Below, piece after piece: positions 1 to 12,469 of a stretch of 64,000 nt of DNA. The notes under the pieces are model-generated. The model ran no database searches. It was not told the origin of the DNA and saw nothing but the letters and a program-made list of their open reading frames with translations. A program made the translations under genes and the position numbers. Location: contig NC_042997.1 in NCBI RefSeq assembly GCF_006345805.1, positions 207,328,001-207,392,000 on the forward strand. The letters are read 5' to 3'. The first letter of the stretch is position 1, and every line of letters begins with the position of its first letter. This DNA is from Octopus sinensis (lineage: Eukaryota).

Positions 1-79
1 TTTGGATAGTACTTTTTACGTGCCACCGGCATGGAAGTCAGTCAGGGAGTACAGGCATCAGCCCCACTACAAGCACAAC

Positions 80-270
80 ATCTGAAATTTGGGGGAGGGA
101 ATGAGTCGATGACATCGACCCCAGTGTTTCACTGGTACTAAATTTATCAACTCCGAAAGCATAAAAGGTAAAGTGAACCTTGGCAGAATTTAAACTCAGA
201 ATGTAACAACAGACAAATTACTGCTAAGAATTTCATCCATCATGCTAATGATGCTGCCAGTTTGCTGCCT
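80..270 (-). mobile_element. tRNA-derived SINE (same family as 18402-19885)
   Basis: Reverse complement aligns by eye with 18402-18539 plus 19794-19885; A-box- and B-box-like head. Confidence 0.7.
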
Positions 271-333
271 TATAATATGATAACAATAATAATAATAAAT
301 TTAAAAATATATATTTATTTATTATTATATATG

Positions 334-1347
334 TACTAGCAATGCATCCCGGTGTTGCCCGGGTGTTATAACCTACATCCACATTGTATTATTTGTTCCT
401 TTCTTATGGGACTGTTATATAGTGAACTGGATTACTGGTGTAATGAAAGTTATTGTTTGTTTAAAAATAATGGTCGAGGAAGGTTACCATCTGCATGGGT
501 TTGCATGAAAGTGCTCTCTGTTCTTAAGAAGGATCACAAACTATGTATTGTGTCATTGTATAAAAGAAGGTTAATATGATTTTGCCCTGAAATCGAGTTT
601 TCAGAATTTTAATTCCCCCCCCCCCATCCCCACTGCACTTTCTTAATTTGTAACTTTTTTAATTTCTTTGTTTTTTTATCCTTGTAGAAAGATACAGAGA
701 TCATGAATCTGGGAAATCTGTTGTTTTAAAGTTTAATTTTTATCTTAAACATTCAATGCCCCCTCTCTCACCTTGCCCACCCATCACCTACCCACTTTCA
801 AAAAGCTAAAGACACCCAGTGTTTCACTTCTGTCTGATGTTTCATCCATGTGTAGAATTGTAAATGTAAAAAATATCAGACAACTACCAGAAAACCCAAC
901 ATGCTAGAAACAACAGGTGAACAACATTAAACTTCCCTGCTTTCCAAAATGCTAAAAGTGAAACATTGGGAGGTTGTAGGTTTTTGAAAGTAGTGAGGTG
1001 ATGGGTGGATGTTTGGGAAGGAGATTTTAGTGTTTCTTTATGCAAAAAGAAAATTCTTAAAGATTCGTACTCTCTGTTTGCTTTGGCTGTGGATTACCAA
1101 ATAAAGAATTTCGAAAAAGTAAAAAATGAAGAAATTTGTGTGGGAAGGGAGAAAATTATAATACTGAGAACATATTTTTGGGTGAAAGACTAATTTCCTG
1201 TATTGAAAACTTAACAATTGGAAGAAATTTAGGAAAAAAAAAATCAGGTGGGGGTGAGAGGCACAAATGTCACCTCAGACATGCTAAAAACAACTGGTAA
1301 AGGATAGGATTTCTGGGAGAACTTCTTTTTAAATTTATATCAAGGAT
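334..1347 (+). mobile_element. Old DINE-1/Helentron-like non-autonomous element; 3' end approximate
   Basis: 5' motif tACTAG..cccggtgttgcccggg is shared with the elements at 34978 and 58954. Confidence 0.45.
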
Positions 1348-1489
1348 CAGGTTTTTAAATTCAGTCATCACAAACCCGAATTAACGAATAGAAAAAGGTG
1401 ATTTCAACTGGATTTGAGCTGTAATTTTGCGTGTGCACATAACAAGAAAAAACATAATTCATAGAGAAGTGTTGCTTGGAGTGTGTGTG

Positions 1490-1538
<49 letters not shown>

Positions 1539-1639
1539 ATGCCAAAGGAGGTTATGGTATTCTTTTGTTTGAAGCAGGAAAGTTGTCAGTTCGATCCTAT
1601 GGTCTATCATATGGAATCATATGATTGTTAATTTCCAGA

Positions 1640-1861
1640 AAAAATTTTTTATTTCTTTATGCTTTGAAGAGAGGAGAAAGTGAAAAGGCAACATTTGCTT
1701 TGAAGTGGGAGCAGAAAGTGAAAGATGTATGTACATGTATGAGAAATGGATGTGTGTTTGTGTGTGCATGTGTGCATGAAAGAGTGAGTGAGTGAAGGCA
1801 TGTGTTGTCACGCATGTATTTTTTGCAGGTATGTGTAAGTGACACTCACTTGCTCTTTCTT

Positions 1862-1910
<49 letters not shown>

Positions 1911-2818
1911 AACATCATCTTTCATATACATGTATGTAAATACATATGCATACTTCTTTTTTGTATGTGCATGTGCATGTGAGAGTGAAAGTGGGTGACT
2001 GTGTTTCCTCGTAACATGTAGAGAAAGGGATTGCTTTTAAGGTACACACTCATACAGAAAATGAGACATTGTCACTATGATACATATTGTCGTTTATGAA
2101 AGTTGACTTATAGAAAGATTATAACCTTAGTCTTTTTTTAATCAAATATGTAAATGAAAATAAAGTTTATTTGTTAGCCGAAAGAAAACCGAATCTTTTG
2201 ATACCCCATACATTAAAATTGGCAACTCAGTTCTTGAATACATTCGTTAATTTCTTTAATAATTTTTTTATTTCTTTATACTTTAAAAATAGGAGAATAT
2301 GAAAGAGAAAGTGAAGTGAAAAGGTGACATTTACTTTTAAGTGAGAGTAGACTGTGAAAGTTGTATGTACATGTATATGAAATAGATGCGTGTGTAAGTG
2401 GGTGTGTGTGTGTGTGCGTGTGTGTGTGAGAGGGAGAGAGTGAGTGAGTGAAGGTGTGTCTTGTCATGCATATTTTTTGCATGTATAAGTGGCACTCGGT
2501 TTCTCTCTCTCTCTCTCACACACACACACACTCATCTTTCATATACATGTACATAAATACATTTGCATACATCATTTTTGTACATATGTGTGCATGTGCA
2601 GGGGAAAGAGAGAGAGAGAGAGAGTTAGTGACTGTATTTCCCCATAACATATAGAGAAATGGATGTCTTTTGAGGTACATCGTCATTGTGGCATAAAATG
2701 TTTATGATAATTGAGTTATAGAAAAGATTATCATGTCAAATTTTTGTAATGCAAATATGTAATTGAAAATAATGTTTAATGGGTAACCAAAAGGTTACTG
2801 AATCATTTAATACCCCAT
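1640..2818. repeat. Two diverged tandem copies of a ~600 bp unit (1640-2261, 2262-2818) with internal GT/CT/CA microsatellites
   Basis: Collinear blocks in both copies: tttttttatttctttat, gtgaaaagg..acattt, gtgactgt.tttcc..taacat.tagagaaa, ataccccat. Confidence 0.7.
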
Positions 2819-3255
2819 TTGAGCGTGATCGTTACCAGTGTCGCCTTACTGGCACTTGAGTCCCGTGCTAGTAGGGTATTAAGAGCACCATCTGAGCATG
2901 ATCGTTGCCTGAGCGGCTGTCTGGCCTCCGTGCCGATGGTACATAAAAGGGCATTGTTCGAGCGTGATCGTTACCAACATCGCCTTACTGGCACCTGTGC
3001 AAGTGGCATGTGTAAAAAGATTCGAGCGAGGTCATTGCCAGTACTCCCTGACTGGCCCCCGTGCCAGTGGCATGTAAAAGCACCAACTACACTCTCGGAG
3101 TGGTTGGCATTAGGAAGGGCATCCAGCTGTAGAAACTCTGTCAGATCAAGATTGAAGCCTGGTGCAGCCATCTGGTTCGCCAGTCCTCAGTCAAAATCGT
3201 CCAACCCATGCCAGCATGGAAAGCGGACGTTTAAACGATGATGATGATGATGATG
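2819..3255 (+). mobile_element. RTE LINE 3' UTR fragment with (GAT)n tail
   Basis: Matches the 3' UTR of the coding RTE copies; ccatgccagcatgg hairpin followed by the (GAT)n tail. Confidence 0.85.
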
Positions 3256-3363
3256 TCAAAATCGGCACCTTAGTTTTCAAATGCATAAGGAACACATGCA
3301 CACACACACAAACGTTTATATATAGGTAGATATAAAAAAATATATTGATATATGATATATATT

Positions 3364-6300
3364 ACATCATCATCATCATCATCATCGTTTAACGTCCGTT
3401 CTCCATGCTAGCATGGGTTGGACAGTTCGACCGGGGATCTGGGAAGCCAGAAGGCTGCACCAGGCTCCAGTTTTATCTGGCAGTGTTTCTACAGCTGGAT
3501 GGCCTTCCTAACGCCAACCACTCCGTGAGTGTAGTGGCTGCTTTTTACGTGCCACCTGCACAGGTGCCAGGCGAGGCTGGCAACGGCGACGGTCGGATTG
3601 GTGTATTTTGTGTGCCACCGGCACGGAAGCCAGTTGAGGTGGCGCTGGCATCGGCCACGAGTCAGATAGTGCTTTCTACGTACCACCAGACCAGGGATCC
3701 TGGCTGGTTCAATTCGATTTCGATTTCGATTTCGTTTGCCCCAACATGTCTTCACAAGCAAAGGGGGTTGGCATGGGTGCCCGTCGTCAGATGAGGTTCT
3801 ATATCGACTTCGCTTGCCTCAACAGGTCTTTGTGTCCAAGGGAGGAAAGGCATGCATAAGTGGGCTGGGTTCACTTGTCCTGCCTGGTCTTCTCACGTAC
3901 AGCATATTTCCAAAGGTCTCGGTCGCTGGTCATTTCCTCAGTGAGGCCTAAAGTTCGAAGGTCGTGCTTCACCACCTCGTCCCAGGTTTTCCTGGGTCTA
4001 CCTCTTCCACGGGTTCCCTCAACTGCTAGGGATTGGCACTTTCTCACACGCCTATCTTCATCCGTTCTAGCCACATGACCATACCAGCGCAATCGTCTCT
4101 CTTGCACACCACAACTGATGCTTCTTAGGTACAACATTTCTCTCAAGGTACTAATGCTCTGTCGTGTATGTACACTGACATTACACATCCATCGGAACAT
4201 ACTGGCTTCATTTCTTGCGAGATTACGCATGTCCTCAGCAGTCACGGCCCATGTTTCACTGCCATGTAGCATGGCTGTTCGTACACATGCATCATACAGT
4301 CTGCCTTTTACTCTGAACGAGAGGCCTTTAGTCACCAGCAGATGTAAGAACTCCCTAAACTTTGCCCAAGCTATTCTTATTCTAGCAGTTACACTTTCAG
4401 CGCACCCACCCCCACTACTGACTTGGTCACCTAGATAACGGAAAGTATCAACACTCTAGTTCTCTTTCTCCCTGGAAAGTGACGGAAGTTGTTTTCTGCA
4501 GATTTTAGGAGGTTAATGCTCCCGAGCATCTGCCATATACAAAACTATCTTCCCAGTTAGCCTACCTTTGACATTGCTGCACCTCTTATGTGTCCATAGC
4601 TTACACTGGGTACATCTTATAGAGTTTCTACCTACAACCTTTTCTACAGATCGAGCAGGGCCATCTTCCTGAAGACATTTGTGGATTTCTACCTTCCTAC
4701 TTATTAGTACTTTGGTTTTAGCTAGGTTGATTCTAAGGCCCCTCGATTCTAAACCCTCCTTCCAACACCTGGAACTTCTCCTCCAGTTCTGATAGTGACT
4801 CAGCAATTAGAGCAAGGTCATCAGCATAGAGGAGCTCCCAGGGGCAACCTGTCTTGAATTCCTCCGTAATTGCCTGGAGGACTATGATAAATAGGAGGGG
4901 GCTGAGTACTGAACACTGGTGGACCCCAACCTCTACTTTGAATTCTTCTGTGTACATGTTGCCAAACTTAACCTTACTTACGGCATCTCTGTACATGGCT
5001 TGCACAGCCCTCACCAGCCATTCATCTATCCCTAGTTTCCTCATTGACCACCAGATAAGGGATCGGGGGACCCTATCAAAGGCTTTCTCCATGTCAACAA
5101 AAGCCAGGTACAGGGGCTTATCTTTGGCTAGGTATTTCTCCTGCAGCTGCCTTACCAGGAATATAGCATCAGTGGTACTTTTCCCTGGCACGAACCCAAA
5201 CTGCATCTCATCTAAACTAACTCTCTCTCTAATTAGTTGGGCTATGACCCTCTCCGTAACCTTCATTACCTGATCCAACAGCTTGATACCTCTGTAATTA
5301 TTTGTATCTAGGGCATCACCTTTACCTTTGTAGCAGTAGTATGCTGCTACACCAGTCATTGGGTATGACTCCTTCGTGTATCACTTGGTTGACTATACGG
5401 GTGACTAGGTTATAGCCGACACTGCCAGATATTTTGAGCATCTCTGCAGTAATTCCTGATGGGCCTGGGGCTTTCTTTGTCTTCATGCTTCTAATTGCTT
5501 TAACTACCAAAGAATTTTCAACTCGGATGGCTGGTCCCTCTGTTGGGTTGATATTCGGCAGACTCCCTTTATCCCATTCATTTCTTTATTCAGCAACCTT
5601 TCATAGTGGCATCTCCAAAACCTCTCTCTTTGCATCCTCATTTAGCACAAGTGAACCATCATCCATGCGAACAACTTCTCTCCTACCACATCACGATTCT
5701 CTCTCACACACTGTCTTGCAACACGAAATACCTCAAGTCTTTCATCCTCACGGCTCAGAACATTGGCAAATTTTTTCTTATCCGCTTCCCCTCTGGCTAA
5801 ATAAACCTGTCTCCTAGCTTCCCTTCTGGCTGTCTGATACAATTCCCTGCTACCACCGTTCTTCCAGTCCCTCCAAGCCTGTTTCTTTTGTCTAATAGCC
5901 CTGTCAACCACAGTGTTCCACCACCATGTTACTCTGGATCAAGATGATACTTTGCTCCATCCACAGATCTGGTCAGTGGCTGTCAGCAGATTGTCCCGTA
6001 GAAATCTCCAGTTGTCTTCCACATTAAGTGAAGCTATATCCCCTTCTATTTCGTCAAAGGCTTCGAGTTGTATGTCTCTAAATCTCTGTCCATTTGCAGG
6101 ATCTTTAAGCTTCCAGAACCTTCTCCTCCAAGCTGGTCTTCTTCTGGGCAACCATTTAGAACTGATCCTGATGTCGCTAACTACTAATCTATGTTGAGGA
6201 GTACATTCTTCGCCTGGAAAGGTTTTGGCATTCATAAGCAGCCCTCTTTCCCTTTTTCTGGCAAGAATGTAGTCAATCTGGCTAGTATGTCTGCCAGAAC

Positions 6301-6904
6301 AGTAGGTGACTAGGTGAGAGGTGGGTTTCCTGAAGTTGGTATTGCAGACCATAAGGTCATTTGCATCGCAGAACTCCAGCGGCCTGGTTCCCTCCTTATT
6401 ACGAGAGCCAAAACCGTAGCCTCCATGAACGCCATGGAAGCCCCCGACATGCCGTCCAACATGTCCATTGAAATCACCTTCCACGAAGAGAAGGTCGCTG
6501 TCATTTGTCAACGAGGTAGTCCGCAATAGGGTGTCATAGAATTGGTCTTTTTGTCCTTCCGGTAGCCCTGGTTGAGGGGCATATGCCGAGATGATGGTAG
6601 CTGACCTATGGTGAAGCACTAATCTAATTTTAATTACTCTGTCACTTACTCTGACTACCTCAATTACCTTATCTACCCATTTCTCCGCAAGAAGTATACC
6701 CACGCCCCCGACCCCGTCAGTGTTCCCTGCCCAGAAAATCTTGTACCTGTGTTCCTTGCCTGTGAGGAGCCTAGCAGAACCTCCTCTCCACCTTACTTCC
6801 TGGATGCAGCATAAATCCACACGTCTCCTTTCAAGCAGCTCTACAATCTCTCCAGACCTACCTTTCAATGTGCCAACATTGAGTGTGCCAAACAGGAACA
6901 ATAA
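3364..6904 (-). mobile_element. RTE-clade LINE, near full ORF (APE + RT + Cys-rich C-terminus), frameshifted
   Basis: APE GTLNVGTL...YAPQ...GDFNGHVG...IDY (5939-6943); RT NYRGIKLL...QFGF...FVDMEKAFD...YADD (4733-5359); (GAT)n tail at 3364. Confidence 0.95.
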
Positions 6905-7172
6905 TTTTTCTCCCTGACATGTGATGGAATCTGTTTTCCACATGCAGAAGTTATTTTCCCTGTTGACCTTCCTCTGATATTGCTGCCCCTCTTATATGTC
7001 CATAGCTTACACCAGGTACATCTTATGGAGTTTTTTACCTGTGCCTTTTCTACAGATCCTGAAGGAATTTGTGATTTGTCTACCTTCCTACTTACTGAGA
7101 GTTTGGTTTTTGCTAGGTTTACTCTAAGGCCCTTTGATTCTAGACCTTGCTTCCATACCTAAACATATTAAT
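6905..7172 (-). mobile_element. Older RTE fragment (post-RT region) abutting the 5' end of the preceding copy
   Basis: Diverged match to 4470-4770 (GLESKGLRVNLAKTK region). Confidence 0.7.
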
Positions 7173-7242
7173 ATTATTGACATATATTAACATATATTAA
7201 CATGTATTAAACAGGAACATAAGAATGCAAATATCTTTGCAG

Positions 7243-7488
7243 GTGGGTTTGAAATTCAAACTGAATCTTACAAAATTATGAAACAAAGGAGTGAACTGAA
7301 AACTGGAGAAGTAGTGTCAACTAAAGCTGGTAGACTCAAATGCAAGAGTATCATTCATGCTGTTGGACCCGTTTGGAATAATGGACAAACCCATGAAGTT
7401 TCCCAACTTTCAATAGCTGTTCGAAATTGTTTGGCATTTCTTGAAGAAAAGTCTTATACATCAATTGCAATTCCTGCCATCAGTACAG
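7243..7488 (+). CDS. Macrodomain gene, first exon seen (macrodomain 1, central part), macro-PARP (PARP14/9/15)-like
   Basis: ttgcag acceptor, gtaag donor, phase 1-1. Reads GFEIQTES...KTGEVVSTKAGRLKCKSIIHAVGPVW...SIAIPAIST(G), with the typical macrodomain HAVGP and AIPAISTG motifs. Confidence 0.92.
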
Positions 7489-7684
7489 GTAAGAATTTAC
7501 CATTTTTATTCTGTTCAAATTTGGTATAGAAATAAGAATTACAATATTCAAATATCTTCAGTTTGTTTCATCGCTACTCTCTGTCCATGCTGGAGCAGCA
7601 CTGCCTTGAAGAATTTTTAGTCAAGTGGATCAACCTCTGTACTTACTGTTTTAAAGTATGGTACTTATTTTTCCATTGTTGGAA

Positions 7685-8496
7685 TTCCCATTTTGATAGA
7701 AGTTCAGTTTTTGTTAAAGGTCTAGGTTTTGTTAGAAGTATCATTTTCCTTAGAAGTCCTAATTTTCTTTGAAATTTCATCTGTGTTAGAAGTCTCATTT
7801 TTGTTACAAGTCCTAATTTTATTACAAGTCTTATACTTGTTAGATGTCTTGTATTTATTAGAAGGCTCATTTTTGTTAGAAATCTCATTTTCCTTTCAAG
7901 TTTTCTTTACATTAGAAGTCCCATTTTTGTCCAAAATCCGATCTTTTTAGAAGACCAAGTTTCTAAGATTCTTATTTGTGTTAGTAGTCCCATTTTCTTA
8001 CAGGTCTCATTTTGTTAGTAGTCTCATTGATATATAGAGACCGATTTTTGTTAGAAGTCTCATTCTGTGAAAAGTCTCATCTTTGTTAGACGGTCCCAAT
8101 TTTGTTAGTGATTATAGTTTTTGATCTTCACTCATCTTGTTGAAATTTGTTATCCAATTTCGTTTGGAGACCCATTTGTTTAGAATTCCCATTTTTATAA
8201 AAGTATCAATTTTACTTCAAATATCATTGTTGTTTGAAGTCCCATTTTTGTTTACAGGTCTTATTTTTGGAAGAAGCCTTATTTTTGTTAGATATCTCAT
8301 TTTTCTGGGAAGAGCATTGTCTTGGAATTCTCACTTTTTAAAATGCACAATGCTTGTTAGAATTCTCATTGCTCTTAGAAGTCTCATTTTTGTTAGAAAT
8401 TGCATTTTCCTTACAAGTTTTCTTCGCATTAGAAGTCCCATTTCTGTCAGAAATCTAATCTAGTAAGAAGACACAGTTTTCTAAGAGTTCTTATTG
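7685..8496. repeat. Degenerate 17-18 bp satellite, block 1 (consensus ~TTTTGTTAGAAGTCTCAT)
   Basis: ttagaagtc core recurs about every 17-18 nt. Confidence 0.9.
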
Positions 8497-11400
8497 ATGC
8501 AGAGCCACACTTGATTTCTTCCCTAAAGACTGCCAAACTGAAGGGATCAAAATCGAAGCGGTCAAAGAAGGCGAAAGAACCGGCGGTCGTTTCCACTCAT
8601 GATCGTATCTGTGCCGATTCTTCCTCATCTGCCATTTCAGTCCCGGAGGTTCCCCAACCTAATTTGAGGAGCGTAGACTCAAACCCACCTGAAGACCGTT
8701 GTTCTCCCCAAAAGAAGAAACGTAGTCAAAACTCCAGTGGGACAGATTTAGCTGAAAAACCTGCTCAAGATAAAATCTGTTTGGATTCTCCCTCACTTGT
8801 CCTTCCCATTAATGCCATTGCTCAACCAATTCTGAACGATCTCGATGTGAATTCATCTGGGGAGTGGTGCTCCCCCAAACCAAAGAAGAGGCAGTGCAGT
8901 TCCAAACCAGGCAGGAAAGTTATGACCACTAAACCCATTCCGATCGACCCCACAGGCTGACATAAGTCTGATGGCTATGAAACCACCCTTTCGAAATCAT
9001 CCAATGAAGAATCGAATACCGCAGCTCATAGTAGAGAACATTTTGCCTACTCAATATCAGCAATCATTTATGGTAAAGCTGAATCCACCTGTGATACAGA
9101 TATAAACCGCCTAAAAGAAGACATTAATTTTGTTTCCATTTTAGTTGGAGAATTGTTCTCTGTCAACAAGAATGTCAGTATCCATAAGGTCGCTCGGCTA
9201 GGAAGATTCCAAGCGAACTTAACCTCAGATACTAGACCACGCCCAATAAGGGTAATCTTTTCTCCCGATCAGGAGGCTTCAACCTTTCTGAACAGAGCTC
9301 AGACGCATGCCTGGGAGGATGCCAATATGGGTTTTCGCAAGGAATACTCACTGAGAGAGAGAACTCGCCGGAGAAACCTAATATTCGAACTAAAGATGAG
9401 AAAACAGATGGGAGAGAAGGGTTTACGCATCCAAGATGGACAAATAATCAAGTCCTACCTCTGGTCGCATGCTGTAGTGCTGACAGGGAAAGTGAATTGA
9501 GGGCGAATCAAAGTAAAGTAGATACCCCCGACAACGATGCTATCTCTGATACCCCTTATTCTGCTTGTTCCCTAATTCCCGCCCCTCAAACTTTACAGCT
9601 CAGCATCATCTATACCAACTCGTGCTCCTTATTTCCAAAGTTCAGTGAACTATTTACACTGGCCATGCATGATTCCCCTGATGTGATAGCTATCACCGAG
9701 ACTTGGCTGACTCCAGCAGTAAAGGACTCAGAAATCCACCTACAGGGCTACACCCTCTTCAGATGTGATAGAGAAAAAAGGCGAGGTGGAGGTGTTGCTG
9801 TGTATGTTAAATCTGATCTCAAACCGTCCAGTGGTATTCTACCCACTAATGCTCAACCTACAACAAAATTCGATGCCGTCTATTGCAAGCTGAGCCTATC
9901 CGGGTTTTGCCTGCCCGTGTTAGCTGTCTACAGGCCGCCTCTCGCCGACCCCCAGGACGATGCTCATTTACTCGAAGCGATAAGATTCGTTTCAGCTTCG
10001 CATGACTGTTTGATATTAGGGGACTTCAACACTCCCACGATCGATTGGCCCGCATCAATTTGTACAACATCTTCCTGGTTCGGCCAGGCCCTTCTTGACG
10101 TGGCTGAAGATTGTTTTCTATCGCAACATGTTGAATATCCGACAAGGCATCGGTCTGGGCAGCAGCCATCTATGCTGGATCTGATATGCTCCCACTATCC
10201 AAGATCAGTGTCAGGCTTATCTGTGTGTGTCCCTCTTGCTAAGAGTGATCATGCGGTCCTGAAGTTCGTCATGCACACAACTTTTTCTATGCCCACGACT
10301 ACTTTGCTGCCACGTAGAGTCTTCTCTGCAATTAATCTTGAAATTCTAACCGAGGCTTCCGCGCTTCTGGACTGGCAATCCCTGATGATGGTGTCCTCAG
10401 TTGACGAACTATGGTCGTCCCTCAAAGCATATGTAATTTGGTTGACTGACCAAGCGGTTCCCGTTGGGCTTCCCAAGAAGAAGAAACACAAGCCCTGAGT
10501 GACAAAGAAGGTTAAACGAGAACTTCGACTCAGATATATTGCTTGGGCTGAATTCAAAAATCAAGATTCTACTGTAGGTTTTGAGGTGTACAAAACTCAA
10601 TGGGACCGAACCATGAAAATTGAAAAGGAAGAATGCTTCAGATATGAATGCAGAATCACAGCAAATGCCAGTCGCAATCCGAAAACCCTCTTTGCCCATG
10701 TCCAACGGAATTCCCACTTGAACAACCAAATTGCAACGTTGGTAGACTCAACAGGTGTATCGATTGAGGTCCCTTATCAACAGAGTCAATTATTTGCCGA
10801 GGCCTTTTCAACTATTTTCAAACAAGATGATGGTCGTGAACCCCCTCCATTTGATAGATCGGTACCTCCAATGCCTAGATTGGTCATCACTCATGATGAA
10901 GTCGTATGCGTTATTTAAGGTCTCGATGTCAACAAGGGTCACGGCCCTGACGGCATACACCCACAGGTTATCAAAGCGTTGGCTCCGGTCATCTGCTAAC
11001 CTTTAACACTTCTATTCAATATGTCATTGGTGACGGGTATTGTACCTGCGGACTGGAGAACAGTAATAATCTGCCCGATTTTCAAGAAAGGGAGCCGCGA
11101 AGACCCGCTTAATTACCGACCGGTTTCCCTTACTTCAATAATCAGCAAGATGTTTGAAACCATCCTCAAGAAAAGTATGTTGCTCCACCTCCAAAACACA
11201 GCCTCTATCTCTGATTCCCAACACGGCTTCGTGCCGAAGAGATCATGCTTGACCAACTTAGTGGTAATGGAAGAATTGGTGACGCGTATCCTCGATGATG
11301 GTGATGCTGTTGACATCGTTTTATTGGACTTTGCCAAAGCTTTTGACTCGCTAAACCACCGCCTATTACTTGTCAAGCTTCAAGCATATAGTTTCCATCC

Positions 11401-12469
11401 GGATATTGTATGATGGGTTGGTGCCTTCCTCTCAGATCGCTCCTTCCAAGTCCAAGTTAATGGTTCACTGTCCAACATCTCCAGTGCGAGCAGTGGCGTG
11501 CCTCAAGGTTCAGTGCTTGGGCTGTTATTGTTTTTAGTCTTCATCAATGACTTGCCCGACGACCTCACGCAACACACTCTTCTATTTGCCGACAATATCA
11601 ATTGGTCGCTCCTCGCAGTGATATAGATGATCTTCATCGATGCCTCCACCAAGTTGGAGATGGTCTAACGAATGGGACCTGTGTCTGAACGTGTCAGAGT
11701 GCTCTCATCTGCCTGTTGGCGCCTCTCCTGCAACTCAACTTGATTTCGAGCCGAGTTGTCTGCTGCTGGAGAAGACCGACCAAGTAAAGGACCTGGGTAT
11801 CTTGGTGGATTCTTCCTTTTTGCCTTCGGCCCAGTGCGTCCATGCTGCCAACAAAGCACACGGAGTTCTGTTTTTGATTCGACGGTCATTCGGAATGCTC
11901 ACAGCAGCCATATTCCTACCGTTCTATGTCACGCTGGTGAGACCCATATTGGAGTACGGGATTCAAGCCTCTTCTCCTTATCTCCTCAAAGACATACATC
12001 ATCTCGAAAGAGTCCAGAAGCTGGCTACCTGCATGGTTCTTGGTCTCAAGCATTTGTCTTATGAAGAAAGGCTGAGGACGCTTGCCCTTTATTCTCTCGA
12101 AAACGCAGCCGCCGTGGAGATCTCATTCTTGCTCACATCATAAGCAGAAAGTGTAACCTCTCGAAAGAGCTGTTCTTCACTCCTGCTCCAGAACGTCGGC
12201 TGCGGGGTCACTCCGAAAAGCTCTATCTACGACAATTTCATCTCAATCGAAAGAGAGGGGCTTTTTCGGTCCGGGTTGCAGATCCATGGAATAAGCTGCC
12301 AGACGAGATAGTGAAGATGCCGACGACCGCTCAGTTCAAAGTCTCCGTTGACCACAAGTGGCCTGAACTCTTTACATGAACACCACCCTGTACATAACTC
12401 CATGTCCCCCTACATGACCTTGCTTTTGCTTTTTGAACCAATAAAATTGAATTGAATTAAAAAAAAAAA
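8497..12469 (+). mobile_element. CR1-clade LINE (ORF1 remnant + APE + RT), degenerate, inserted in the satellite
   Basis: ORF1 RPRPIRVIF; APE IAITETW...GDFN...SDH; RT NYRPVSLTS...QHGF...DFAKAFD. AATAAA at 12440, (ATTGA)n plus poly-A tail. TSD tattg at 8492-8496 and 12470-12474. Confidence 0.93.
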
